Source: Octopus sinensis
Taxonomy: Eukaryota
Direction: 5' to 3'
NCBI RefSeq assembly: GCF_006345805.1
Contig: NC_043000.1
Coordinates: 95,728,001-95,792,000, forward strand
Length of the DNA stretch: 64,000 nt
The notes below the pieces were generated by a model. That model had not been told where the DNA came from and made no database searches. It worked only from the letters and a program-made list of their open reading frames with translations. A program made the translations under genes and the position numbers. This document shows, in pieces, positions 53,195 through 64,000 of this stretch (position 1 is its first letter; each line of letters begins with the position of its first letter).

Positions 53195-54083
53195 CAGGGT
53201 GTTCAGGCTAAACTTCACAGTCTGCATAACAGGAAATGAAAATACAATATCCCATCCAAAAATAAAAGTTTTTTTTTTTTTTAAAGATTAAAAAATAACG
53301 AGTTAATAGTTTACTCAAAGTAGCTATCCTCAGCTTCCACCATGGCCTCAAGACATCTTCAGAACCTGGCACAGGCATTCCTCACTGAGTCCTTGGGAAG
53401 ATCTTTGAACACCTTGATCTTGGCCATGAGCTCAGTCTTGGTGTTGCAGAGTGGTTGATGTCTTTCTCAACTGCACCTTACACATAGTAATCCATGGGAC
53501 TAGAATCGGAGGAATTAGGATTACAGAAATTAGGGATGAAGTTGTAGAAATTCTCCAACAACCACTTCTGACTCTTTCCAAAGGTATGGTAAGGAACCAA
53601 ATCCTGTTGCCACTTATATGGCTATCCAGCAGCAATCCTCTCCAGCCAGGGTTTGATCAGAGTCTCCAGCAGCTTCACACAACAATCTGAATTGAGCCTA
53701 AGGCCTTATTTAAAGACATAGCATGAAATCACACTCACTGGAGGCACACCCAAAGGCCATCGCAATTTAGTGAAACTTGGTTTTCATGATGTCCATGCCA
53801 TGTTTTACAGTGTTCACAGTGCATTGAGAAGCAGTCATGTTGGCATATTGACACCCATGAATCATCATGCATTCCTCACTGAGTCCCTGGGAAGATCTTT
53901 GAACACCTCCTTGATCTTTTCCAATATTCAGATGGCTTCCAATCCTCAATGTCAGCTAACTTTTTTGTAACTACAACTTTAATCCTTACATTCTTCAATG
54001 CCATAGATCATTCACCAATATATCAAGCTGTTCCTGAAAAAAGGAGACATTAAAAAATCATGAAATTTAGCTGGAACACCCTG
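53195..54083 (-). mobile_element. Internally deleted Tc1/mariner element, DD37D (maT)-like, 889 bp
   Basis: TA|CAGGGTGTTCAGGCTAAACTTCA ... TGAAATTTAGCTGGAACACCCTG|TA. Minus-strand remnants: GLRLNSD..KLLETLIKPWLERIAAG*PYKWQQD, PNSSDSSPMDYYV*GAVEKDIN and ACARF*RCLEAMVEAEDSYFE*. Confidence 0.9.
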
Positions 54084-54974
54084 TAGACACACGCTCACAT
54101 ACTCTTTTATGAGTTTCAGCTTAAAGTAAAACATTGCCAACAGGATATATATATATATATGAGAGAGAGAGACATATAGATACTCATATATACATTTAAA
54201 AAAAAACCTACATGCTTTGGAGAATGTTACTAGCCTCTACTGCCACAACAGAAGTCATGAGTAATTAAACAAGTCTTAGAAGATTGGTTCCTGTATAGTT
54301 TTGTTTACCAAGTATAGAAGATAATTGCATTCAAAATGTTATTAATTTTAGACAGAAAACTGATATCATCCACATTATCTTGGCAATTTGAGTTCCAATG
54401 TTAAGATCCAGCATATGAATCAAATTGACTGACACAACAGACTATAGTACTTCATTCCATAACTTTTGGAATTGGTACGGTTTTGAGTGCAATTAGGAAC
54501 ACTGCTAAAGTTTTAAAAAAGGGGTGCTAAAGAATTCATGCCCCGGAAACACACATGACTGCTTTCAAAGGATTGCATACAGACACTATTTGCAAGTGGC
54601 GTTCACAGAGCGAAACAGAGTGAAAACAACTATATCCACAAGTAGACGAAAATGGGGTGGAACAGTTAATAGTGGCTCTGGAAAATAAAAACAGTGAATA
54701 ATGATGAGGGTGATGAGTAAGTACTGAATACATCACAAAAATATACAACCAAATGGCTGGTAGAGGGATGCTCTGCACTTACTAACATTTATGGGTGCAA
54801 GCATAGCTATGTAGCTAAGAAGCACGCTTCCCTGCCACATATTTCCAGGTTAAGTCTCACTGAAAGGGAACTTGGCAAGTGTCTACTACAACCCTGGGCT
54901 GTCCAAAGCATTGAGAGAGTGGATTTGGTAGATGAAAACTGAAAGCTTGTGTGTGTGTGTGCATGTACACACTA

Positions 54975-55191
54975 TGAGGGAGTGCTGAAAAGTTCCTGGT
55001 TTGGGGTAAAAGAAAATACAGGATGATCAGATAATTATGATTTTATTCAACATATTCCCCTCTTAGATTCACACACTTATTGCAGCAGTCTTTCAGTTTC
55101 CCTAAGCCCTATAACAGAAATCAGAAGGTTGGGCCTCCAACTACATCTTTCATGGTGTCTTTAAAGCGAAGAACCTTTCAGCACCCCCTCA
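54975..55191. mobile_element. Mariner-type MITE (217 bp)
   Basis: TA|TGAGGGAGTGCTGAAAAGTTC ... GAACCTTTCAGCACCCCCTCA|TA. Confidence 0.85.
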
Positions 55192-55264
55192 TACACATAC
55201 ATCTTTTAACCACCAAGTGTCAAAGTGCATCCCTTGACCAAGTTTGCATACATGAGGCAGCTCC

Positions 55265-56340
55265 TTAAGCAATATTCTTTGTCTGATAACCTAGAATATA
55301 TGCCTAAAGAAGTCACATGACTCTACAGCAATGTATCATCAGATGAAAGGATGAGCCTATATGAGCAGAAAACTATGCATGGAGATATATGAGTAGAAAG
55401 CTCCGAAATGATAGTAACATTGATCATCAAAGCAGTCTACCCTTTGAAGGGTATGCATTTGCAATTGAGGAAGAGGAAATAGCAACACAGTACCTGATGC
55501 ACAAAAGGGATAGAATTGCAGGAAAATCAGTAAAATGTGACAACCGATGCAGACTTTGTGGAGTTAACACCAAAGATATCACCCATATCAGAAGCAGTTG
55601 TCCAAAAATGTCATCACAGTATTATGTACTGATGAGACATGATGTAGCTACAACACTCTATAATGAAATCCATCGGAAGGATAACCCTGAGGACAAGGAA
55701 ATAAGAATCCACAGTATGGTAGAAGCCATAGCCACTCATAATAAAAAGGAATACAGGTGGAATGTCCCTGTGAAAACCTCAATAAAACGTAAGCACAACA
55801 GACATGATATAACAATTTGGGATAGAGAAGAGAAACTGTGTATAGATGTGGAAATTAGCTGCCCAGCAAATGTTAACAAAGCTGAAGATCAGTGAAAAAG
55901 AGAATACCGATGCTGAACTATTGAGAAATCTGAATTTAATCTATCCAGATTAATAAGTTCAGGTTTATACCTATAATTATTGGGACCCTGGGATATGTAA
56001 CACACTGCCTAAATACCAATCTTGAGAAATTAGGCTTCTCAAAACCAGAAAGGAGAAAGCTAATTCAAAGACTACAGATCCAATCCATCACTGGAACTGT
56101 AAAAATCTGTAAAACTTACCAGAAGTTTATCATTTAAATATATATGAGCATGTCTAGATATGCAACTATATGCATGAGAATACATACATAAAGCAAAACA
56201 TACAAATCTGCACATATACATACATACAAACAAAAATACCCTGTTGTTGATGTTGAAATTCCAATGAAGGAGCCTTGAATCTAGGTTAGAAACTGGCTCT
56301 TTCTCTATTGGCAAGAAATCTTGAAATAAAACTGAACAAA
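55265..56340 (+). mobile_element. 5'-truncated R4/Dong-like non-LTR retrotransposon (restriction-like endonuclease clade)
   Basis: ORF 55389-55895 shows a CCHC knuckle (CRLC...H...C), RHDVA and KHNRHDITIWD...CIDVEISCP (PD..D-type RLE motif). A frameshifted continuation reads FRFIPIIIGTLG...QSITGTVKICKTYQKFII*. The 3' end is AATAAAACTGAA followed by (AC)n. Confidence 0.85.
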
Positions 56341-57641
56341 CACACACACACACATACATATACACGAATAAGACAAAAGACTAATACAACTTTAATGATC
56401 AGTTACAATTGTTCCTGTACCAAATCTGCTTTCAATGCCCATTTCTTTTATGACTTGGCATATCACATTTTAAAATTACCAAGGAATAGTTCTGGTTAGC
56501 TTCATTACCATCCTTCATGTGGTCTATTGTTTATGTCCATCTTATTTCCTTTATTACTCACAACACTATCCTCTTTTAGTCATCACCATCATTAACATTG
56601 TTCATGTTCCAACTACCTCCTCTCTAGTGGTTATCACTACTACTACAACTATTATCTTTTATACTATATTTATTACCATTTTTAATATTAGTATTATCTT
56701 TATTATTAGTAGTAGTAGTAGTATTAGTAGAAGTATCTTTATTACTAGTAATAGTAGTAGCTTCTTCTCGTTATTAGTATTGTTGCTGTTGTTATTGTTT
56801 TTACTGTCACCATTCCGTTCCTCTTATTTTCTTTATCACTAGTTGTCCACCAAAATACCTTAACATTTGTCCATTCTAGTTTGATACTGGTGACTGTAGG
56901 ATCACACCACACGCTTCTTCCTTCCAACTCAGCATTTTCACTTTTTTCTTCTCCCTCTTCTACTTCTTGTTTGTCTTATTATTACCATTAATATTATTCA
57001 TCTTTTTCTTCTGATCTCTTCTTCCTTTTCTACTACTTCTTCAGACCCTAACCATACTTTTATCTACTTTGGCATTGACATTTTACTTGCCCAGTCCATC
57101 TTTTCTCAGTCTATTTACATTTTCAACTTTAATCACTTCTTGTTTCATCCTGATATAAGCAAAATAAAAAGCCTAGCAGACGCACAATGTAAGAGCACAC
57201 CTTTGATGCAGGTTTGAGGAAATGCTACTCTAATGTTCAAAACTGCAAATATATAAATTTTCATTTGCAACTCTTCCGTGAACTAGCATTCAAAGCAGAG
57301 TTTGTACAGAAACAATAGTAACTGGTCATGAAAGATGTGTTAAAGTTCTTTCTTTGTCTTATTTGGATTATATTTTACTCTATGCTAAACCCAAACACTG
57401 GTTTTACTGTTGTGAAACTAGGATTTTCTACACCTGAAGAATTTCAATATTAGTCTGGAATCCAATAGTGTAGATAATCTAAAGCTCAGGTTGAGTGCTG
57501 CATTAGAAATCCCATATCTTTCTACCCTCTCAGGATCTTTTACATATAAAATGTATACACCACTCAGTTGAGAGGTCTTGTCTTACAAGTACTTGCTAAC
57601 CTTACCCATGTTGGTATCATGACAAATGCACTCTGTTAAGT

Positions 57642-57877
57642 TACTTATTTCTTTATTGCCCACAAGGGGCTAACATTAGAGGGGACAAACAAGGATAGAC
57701 AAACAGATTAAGTCGATTATATCAACCCCAGTGTGTAACTGGGACTTAATTTATTGACCCCGAAAGGATGAAAGGCAAAGTCGACCTCAGCGGTATTTGA
57801 ACTCAGAACGTAACAGCAGACGAAATACTGCTAAGCATTTCACCCGGCATGTTAACGTTTCTGCCAGCTCACCGCCT
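57642..57877 (-). mobile_element. tRNA-derived SINE (second family) with a 10-bp target-site duplication
   Basis: Minus-strand head GGCGGTGAGCTGGCAGAA (A box) ... GAGTTCAAATACC (B box) and tail GGCAATAAAGAAATAAGTAA. TCTGTTAAGT is duplicated at 57632-57641 and 57878-57887. Confidence 0.9.
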
Positions 57878-59284
57878 TCTGTTAAGTGGTTGGCATTAAG
57901 AGTATCAAGCTATAGAAACCATGCCAAAGAAGACACTCGTGTTTGATGCAACCCTCTGGCTCATTAGTTCCTGTTGAACCATACAACCCATGCCAACATG
58001 GAAAAAATGACTGATGATGATATATTTTGGTGAAACAGCACAAATGGGACAAGACAAATATGGAACAGACAGATGAACAACATGAAAGATTACAACAGGT
58101 AGACAAAATATAAACACAAAAAAGTAACAATAAAAGTTGTGCACAGTGAACAGTATGTGGCAAAGAGGGAAAATGAGAGTATATTGACATTCTGGGTGAA
58201 TTCTTTATCAGCATAAGAAGCAAGATAGAAGAAACAAGAAAAGGAACAATACCTATTTGAAACACTTGTGTATCCTGCTACATACATGTATGTGGGTGTG
58301 TGTATCTGTGTGTTGATGTCTCCTTGTCGTCACATCACATGAGGGTCACTGTCAAACAGTCTTGTCCTTCATTTCCAGTCTTCCATGAAAACATGTCTGG
58401 TCACAAGGAAATATTACCTTATTTGGAAAGTAGACAGGCACCCAGCCATAGAAAATCTTTTTCAACAAATTCCATCCAACCCATACAAGCATGGAAAAGT
58501 GAATGTTAAAAAAATGATGTTGATAAATGCTAAGTATTTTACAATGAAAAGAAACATTCAGGTCACTCTATGGAAAAAAGTTGTTTGTCTTCCTTTGTTG
58601 TTTGTCTTCAGGAACTTTTACTTAACATGAGCCTTTGACAAGTTTTGCTCTCTCTTTTGATCTGGTTGATTCTATTCCTCTAACCTTGTACCCATTTTCT
58701 TCTAACTAAAGCAACTTTTCATCTCCATCACCACCTCCAGGTCCAATGTGTATTCAGTCAGTTAAAAATAAGGCAAGTTTCACATTTTCTTTTCCTATAT
58801 GATAAAACTTTATTTCAACTCCCAGTATTTCCAATTAACAATGAGTTTAATTATTTTGACTCCATAGTAAGGTAGGGAGTACACAGGCACACAAACATAC
58901 GTATATATTCAATCATAATTTGATACGGGTGACAACCATGGAGTGCATGTGGAAGCAATGGAAAGTAATTGGCCTACACATAAAAAAAGACAAAGTGAAA
59001 CCATCAAAGACAAAAAGCAAGCAGAAAGAAAGGAGGATAGGGCATTACTCTGAATTATACTCAACAGAAACAACCATGGTGTTTCTGTGTAGTACACTTT
59101 GTCAATTGTCTGCTTATGCTTGACATAGTGGAGTGTCTGCCAGTGACAAAGAAACCAATGCATTGCTGACTACTGAAGAGATAAGTAAAGCCATTGACTG
59201 TTCCTACAAGTAAAGCACTAAGATTGGATGGCAATCCTGTTACACCTTCCACAAAAACTATTGTACCAGTACTGGAAAGAAAGT

Positions 59285-59600
59285 GTCACAGGATATGAGA
59301 GACTGTAACATTATCACTCTTCCACCATGGCATCAAGACAACTCCAGAACATGCATTCCTGTGTACCTGGGAAGATCTTCAAACACTTCCTTAATCTTGG
59401 CCACCAGCTCAGCCTTGATGTTGCAAGCAGAGTGGCTGCTGTTTTTCTCAACTGCACTCCACACATTGTAGAACAAAAGGGGAAAAAAGTGATTGCAACA
59501 ACTACAGAATAATCCCTTGACTGAGCATCGTTGTAAAAGTCTTTTTGTGCATGGTTCAGAACAGACTTCAAACAGTTTGGATTATTTCTGAAAACTGTAT
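59285..59600 (-). mobile_element. DD37D-like transposase C-terminal remnant
   Basis: Homologous to 53320-53500, reading ...VWSAVEKN..SACNIKAELVAKIKEVFEDLP.... Confidence 0.7.
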
Positions 59601-59719
59601 CCAAAAAAACTTAGTAAAAAAAAAATTATACATTTCACTCACCACCACCTCTCTCCTCCCCTCAACTAATCATGTGGAAACATTACAGATGGGATAAGTA
59701 GTGGAGTGACAGGCAGAAT

Positions 59720-60460
59720 TATTCTGGAAAATTAATGCGAGCCATTGCCAAAGAACTTCAAGAATCAGAGTGGACTATCCAAGCTATGGTGCAAAAGGAC
59801 ATATAATACAAGTCGTTTGCACTGAGGAGAGGCCAAATCATGTCAGCAAAGACATGGGGGAAACTGTTCAACACATGCCAAGTGCCACTTAATGTTGAAA
59901 ATCTTTATGAACATTGCATGCTTTGGTTCTTCTCTGATAAGAAAATCTTCGACCATCATCAAAAGTCTAACAAGAGAAATGACAGATGGTTATGTGAAAA
60001 TCTTTCTGATGTCCCCAGAGTAATGCATACTAAGTTTCCAGCAACTATGATGGTTTTGGAAGCGGTGAGTAACATACCACCTCACATCATTCCACAGTCT
60101 TAGAATTAATGCTACTGGATACGATGAGGTGTTGGAGACAGTTCATAAGCCTTGGATAGGTGAAGCATGCAGTGGAAGGCCATATACGTTTCATAAAGAC
60201 TAGGCACCTTCTCACATAACCTATATAATCCAAGAATACGATCATATCACATCGAGCTTGTGGCTCCAAACTCACCGGAATTAAATTCCATGGACAACTA
60301 CATTTGAAGTGTTGTCGAAAGGGAAGCTAATCAACATCTTCACAATAACATTGCTTCATTGATGGCCACCACTGAAATGTACACAATGAATAAGGACCAA
60401 ATACAGGCATGTCAACAATTCCAGTCATGTATTGAAGCAGTCATAGAATAATCTTACAAG
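59720..60460 (+). mobile_element. DD37D-like transposase remnant
   Basis: WFFSDKKIFDHHQKSNKRNDRWLC...VMHTKFPATMMVLEAVS, then KPWIG..SGRPYTF..D*APSH and PNSPELNSMDNYI*SVVERE in shifted frames. Confidence 0.8.
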
Positions 60461-60689
60461 AAATCTTATAGAGAACATGCACACAAATTTTATTTGTGCA
60501 CATTTGGTTTCTACTGTATTAGAGTTTTATTAAATTATCAAATATGTCTCACACCCTTTATACACATTCATATATATTAAATATACAAACATACCTATAC
60601 ACACACACACAAACAGGACTAAAAACACCATAGTCCATACAATACATCCAATATAAACAATGGATGCACCATAGGCATTGTGAGATCAC

Positions 60690-61300
60690 AAACAGACTAT
60701 TGGCAAAACTGCAGGTACACAGCAACATTAAGCAGGAAATAAATTCCCTTAACTGTTCAGAAAGCTCCCCAGAAGTAGTCAATAGTTTTTGTTACCTAGA
60801 TGACCTAATTAGTAGTGGGGTTGGTTGCTATGAAACTATAGTAGCCAGAGGAAGAACTAAACAGAAGAATTTCAGGGTGCTACAACATCTACTGGCAACA
60901 AAGGAACCTCTACATTACTTAGAGCAAGGGCTAGATTGTATAATGCTTGTGTGTGGAGTGTGGTGCTACATGATAGTGAGATCTGAGCTTTGAATGCAGA
61001 GAATTTGAGAAAGGTAGAAAGAAATAAGGTGAGCATACATAGCTGGAAGCATAATGTCAGTGTGCATGAATGTTTCTGTACAAATGACCTGAGGAGGAAG
61101 TTGTGTATATGACAAATCAAATGTAGCTTGCAAGAGACAGAAGCATGTTACTATCAGGCACATGATGCATATGAATGAAGAAAGCTGCAAGCTGCACAAA
61201 AATCTGCAGGTTAAATTAATGGGGCATGCTGGAAAGAAAAAACCTAGAGAGGAATGTGAGGGAATGGCAAAAAACTGACCTCAAAATGCTAAACCTCACA
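60690..61300 (+). mobile_element. RTE LINE C-terminal remnant
   Basis: EVVNSFCYLDDLISSGVGCYETIVAR...KNFRVLQHLLATK matches the post-RT RTE motif EVVDSFCYLGD.ISS.GG....V.AR...FREL.PLL. Confidence 0.75.
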
Positions 61301-62379
61301 GATGAAGTGACAAAGGCCCTTGACATTTGGCAACATGTACTGAAGAAAGCCTGATTTCTTGGGTGGTAACAGCAGAGAGAATGCTAACAAGTTGAGTACT
61401 TGTGGCTGTTTCTGTTACATTCACCCACTGTTCCCTATCTCTTTGTCTTACTGTCCTCTACTCACAGCCTCTCCATCTGGGGTGTTTTCATCCTCTGCTC
61501 TTCCCTTCTCATATCTATGGTACATCCCAGCCTCTCTTTTATTTCATTCAACCACTGCTCTCCCACTCATGCATCACTGTCTTTTTTTGCTATTTCAACA
61601 CCCTTTCCCTCTGACCCATCCCCATCACCCCCAAATCCTGTCTTTCTTCAATGATCCTGTCCCTGCATCCTCTCTAGATCCTCAACACCCACATTTTTTC
61701 CTCTAGAACAACGGAGTATGACACTGTCCTTTAATTTGTCAGATCCTTATGAACCATCCACCCCAAACCAGAAAGCAAATCAGATATAAAATTGTGATGG
61801 TAATATTTGTACACGCATATACACATTATATGTACATACATACACATACACACATTGTCATAGATGCATGTGTATGGGTGTGTAGTGATGGACAAATTTA
61901 TCATCCATAACAGTTATCATGAGACAGTCCTACAGCTATAGTGAAGGTGACCAGTCAAGGAAAGTAATAACTCTGAGTAAAAACTGAAACATTCTAAAAG
62001 GAGACATTTCAGACTCGTCACACTAGAATGGATAGCATGATAAAATGTTTGTCCGTGTGGTAAACTGGTTTTGTGATTGGAAAAGCATCCAATTGTTAAA
62101 AATATGCCAATAACATTAGTCAAATCAATGAAAAACTATAACTGCATAAAGAGGGACAACACTTAATCCATGCTGCACACTGTAGTGAGGTGAATAAGTA
62201 AGGATATCCTGACCATGCACAATAACCTCTTGGCCATCATTAAACAATAACAAATCAATACTAAATAGCAATTACTGGTATTGGTCTTAACAAGAGAGAC
62301 ACAACAATCCAGAGAAGGAAAGAAGGGAACAGCTAGGAATTTGTATAAGGCAACCTGCTACAAACCACATACCACTTCT

Positions 62380-63480
62380 GTGGATGAAGCAAGGGTCAGC
62401 AAAACAATATCTGATATGGAGGTAAAATAGTATGGTAGAGGGAACTATAAAAGCTAAGAGACAGGTCTAAAAAGAAAGGAGAAAGTGGAAAAGCAAGGAA
62501 CAATATTAGATAGCTAGAAAAGAAGCTGAACTACAAGTGGAAAAGCAAAACATAAAAGGTTTGCAAATATTCTACAATATGAGTATCAGAGGTGTGTAAT
62601 TTTCCAAATTGCAGAAGGAATCAGGATGTCATTGATAGAAAATATATATATAATGGTAATGGTTCACTAGCCTTGACTGATGTCAAGGAGGAGCAGGGTG
62701 AAAATGCTACTGAGATAATGTTGAATGAAGAGATGTGTGAAAGGGAAAGAAAATAACTCCAAGTAGACCTAATAGCTGAAGGAGCTATTATTATTGACAG
62801 ATATGCAGTTAAACTGTCCATTAAAAATAAGGACAAGAAGTCAGCAGAGCTAATTCTGAGATGCTGAAAATAACTAGCAAAGCAGGACATACACCAGTCA
62901 CTCACACAGTCAATCAGATGCTATAGGAAAGGGTTATTACCAGTGATGAGTGTATCAGTATCATCATCAATTGCTAGAAAGGCAAAGATGATATTCTACA
63001 TAGAAGCAATTACAATGGTATCAATTTGATAGATCAAGTTATGAAAGTAATTAGGAAGAGAATTAAGCTTAGATTAGATGCAGTTTGGATTTGTGCCAAG
63101 ATGGGGTACCACTGCTCTCTTCATAGTGAAACAACAAACAGAAGTTCTTCACCAATAAGATCAAGCCACTATACTTAGAATTCATTGACCTGGTGAAAGC
63201 CTTTGACAGAGCAGCATGCTCTGTAATTTGATAAAAACTAGATATATGGCTTGTGAGAGCTGTACAAGCTATGTACAGAAACATTGTCAGAAAGGTGGAA
63301 GTTCAGCAAGGAATTTATCATGCAAGTAGGCATCCATCAAGAATCTATTCTCAGCCCTCTGTTGTTTATTAGAGCTCTCCAGGTTGTAACAAAGGAAATC
63401 AAGACTAGTTTTCTAAGGAATTACAGAAAAAATTCCAAACATAGAATTAAATCTTAGAATCAATAATTCTTAAATGTATG
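62380..63480 (+). mobile_element. RTE LINE reverse-transcriptase remnant
   Basis: NYNGINLIDQVMKVI..., MQFGFVPRWGTTALFIVKQ (from 63078), KPLYLEFIDLVKAFDR and VGIHQESILSPLLFI. Many stops and frameshifts. Confidence 0.8.
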
Positions 63481-64000
63481 GGAACAGTAAACAGGACTCT
63501 ACAATCAACTGGGAAATGTCATTTCTCAAAATACAAAAATGTGGCAGGTAGAAGTACCATATGGCACAAGTAACGTGATGTATAAGGGCAATGGAGTAAC
63601 TGGCATGCTGAGAGAGATAAAGGATTATAAATTCAAGACCTCAAAATTATTCTAGATCTATCGTGATGACCCCACATTTAAAACCATTACCAAACTTACA
63701 TCACAAAGACTGGGATTGTCTTTAGAACCAGGACTTGTGACTGCTATTTTCTACAAAGCTCAAGAAACCTACATCAATGGAATGGTGGTACTGCTATGCA
63801 CATTAACATCCTATATCAATCACAAAAGTTTGAAAACCAACAAGCTTTCAATCGTGAGCTTATAGACATGTTTCTTTTCTCTAATTCCTTCAGTTACAAT
63901 GGTCTCTTCTCTGTACTATTTTGCAGCAAAACCCTAACTGCTGCTCTACTAATTATTACTGTGTTTCATCTCCCAAACCCAGCACTACACAACTCTCACA

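Noticed and set aside
56519-56842. 107-aa hydrophobic ORF, and the many other 60-110 aa ORFs in the track
   Set aside because: They derive from simple repeats, SINE bodies or AT-rich DNA, and many use non-ATG starts. None shows domain features or splice support.

Overview
AT-rich, repeat-dense eukaryotic DNA. The SINE/RTE repeat families and the many (TA)n/(CA)n tracts look like an octopus (coleoid cephalopod) genome; this is my inference, not a database result. The one confidently identified gene is KANSL1 (NSL complex scaffold) on the minus strand. Its large first coding exon (ATG 29350, donor after 28059) lies in a CpG-rich domain (~25.6-37 kb) with probable non-coding 5' exons and a possible divergent plus-strand gene. 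Everything from 28058 to the left edge appears to be one intron of more than 28 kb. The rest is transposon debris: a Helitron nest with a filled/empty-site pair, a degraded ~1.2 kb mariner with both TIRs, DD37D-type remnants, TTAA-flanked piggyBac-like MITEs, hAT and mariner MITEs, a foldback element, RTE and R4/Dong LINE remnants, and many tRNA-derived SINEs, one carrying a 63-bp minisatellite. A second CpG-rich island at ~49.2-51.7 kb has no assigned gene. I found no CRISPR array, rRNA or true tRNA gene and no convincing new enzymatic system. The most notable items are the Helitron nest and the regulatory architecture around KANSL1.
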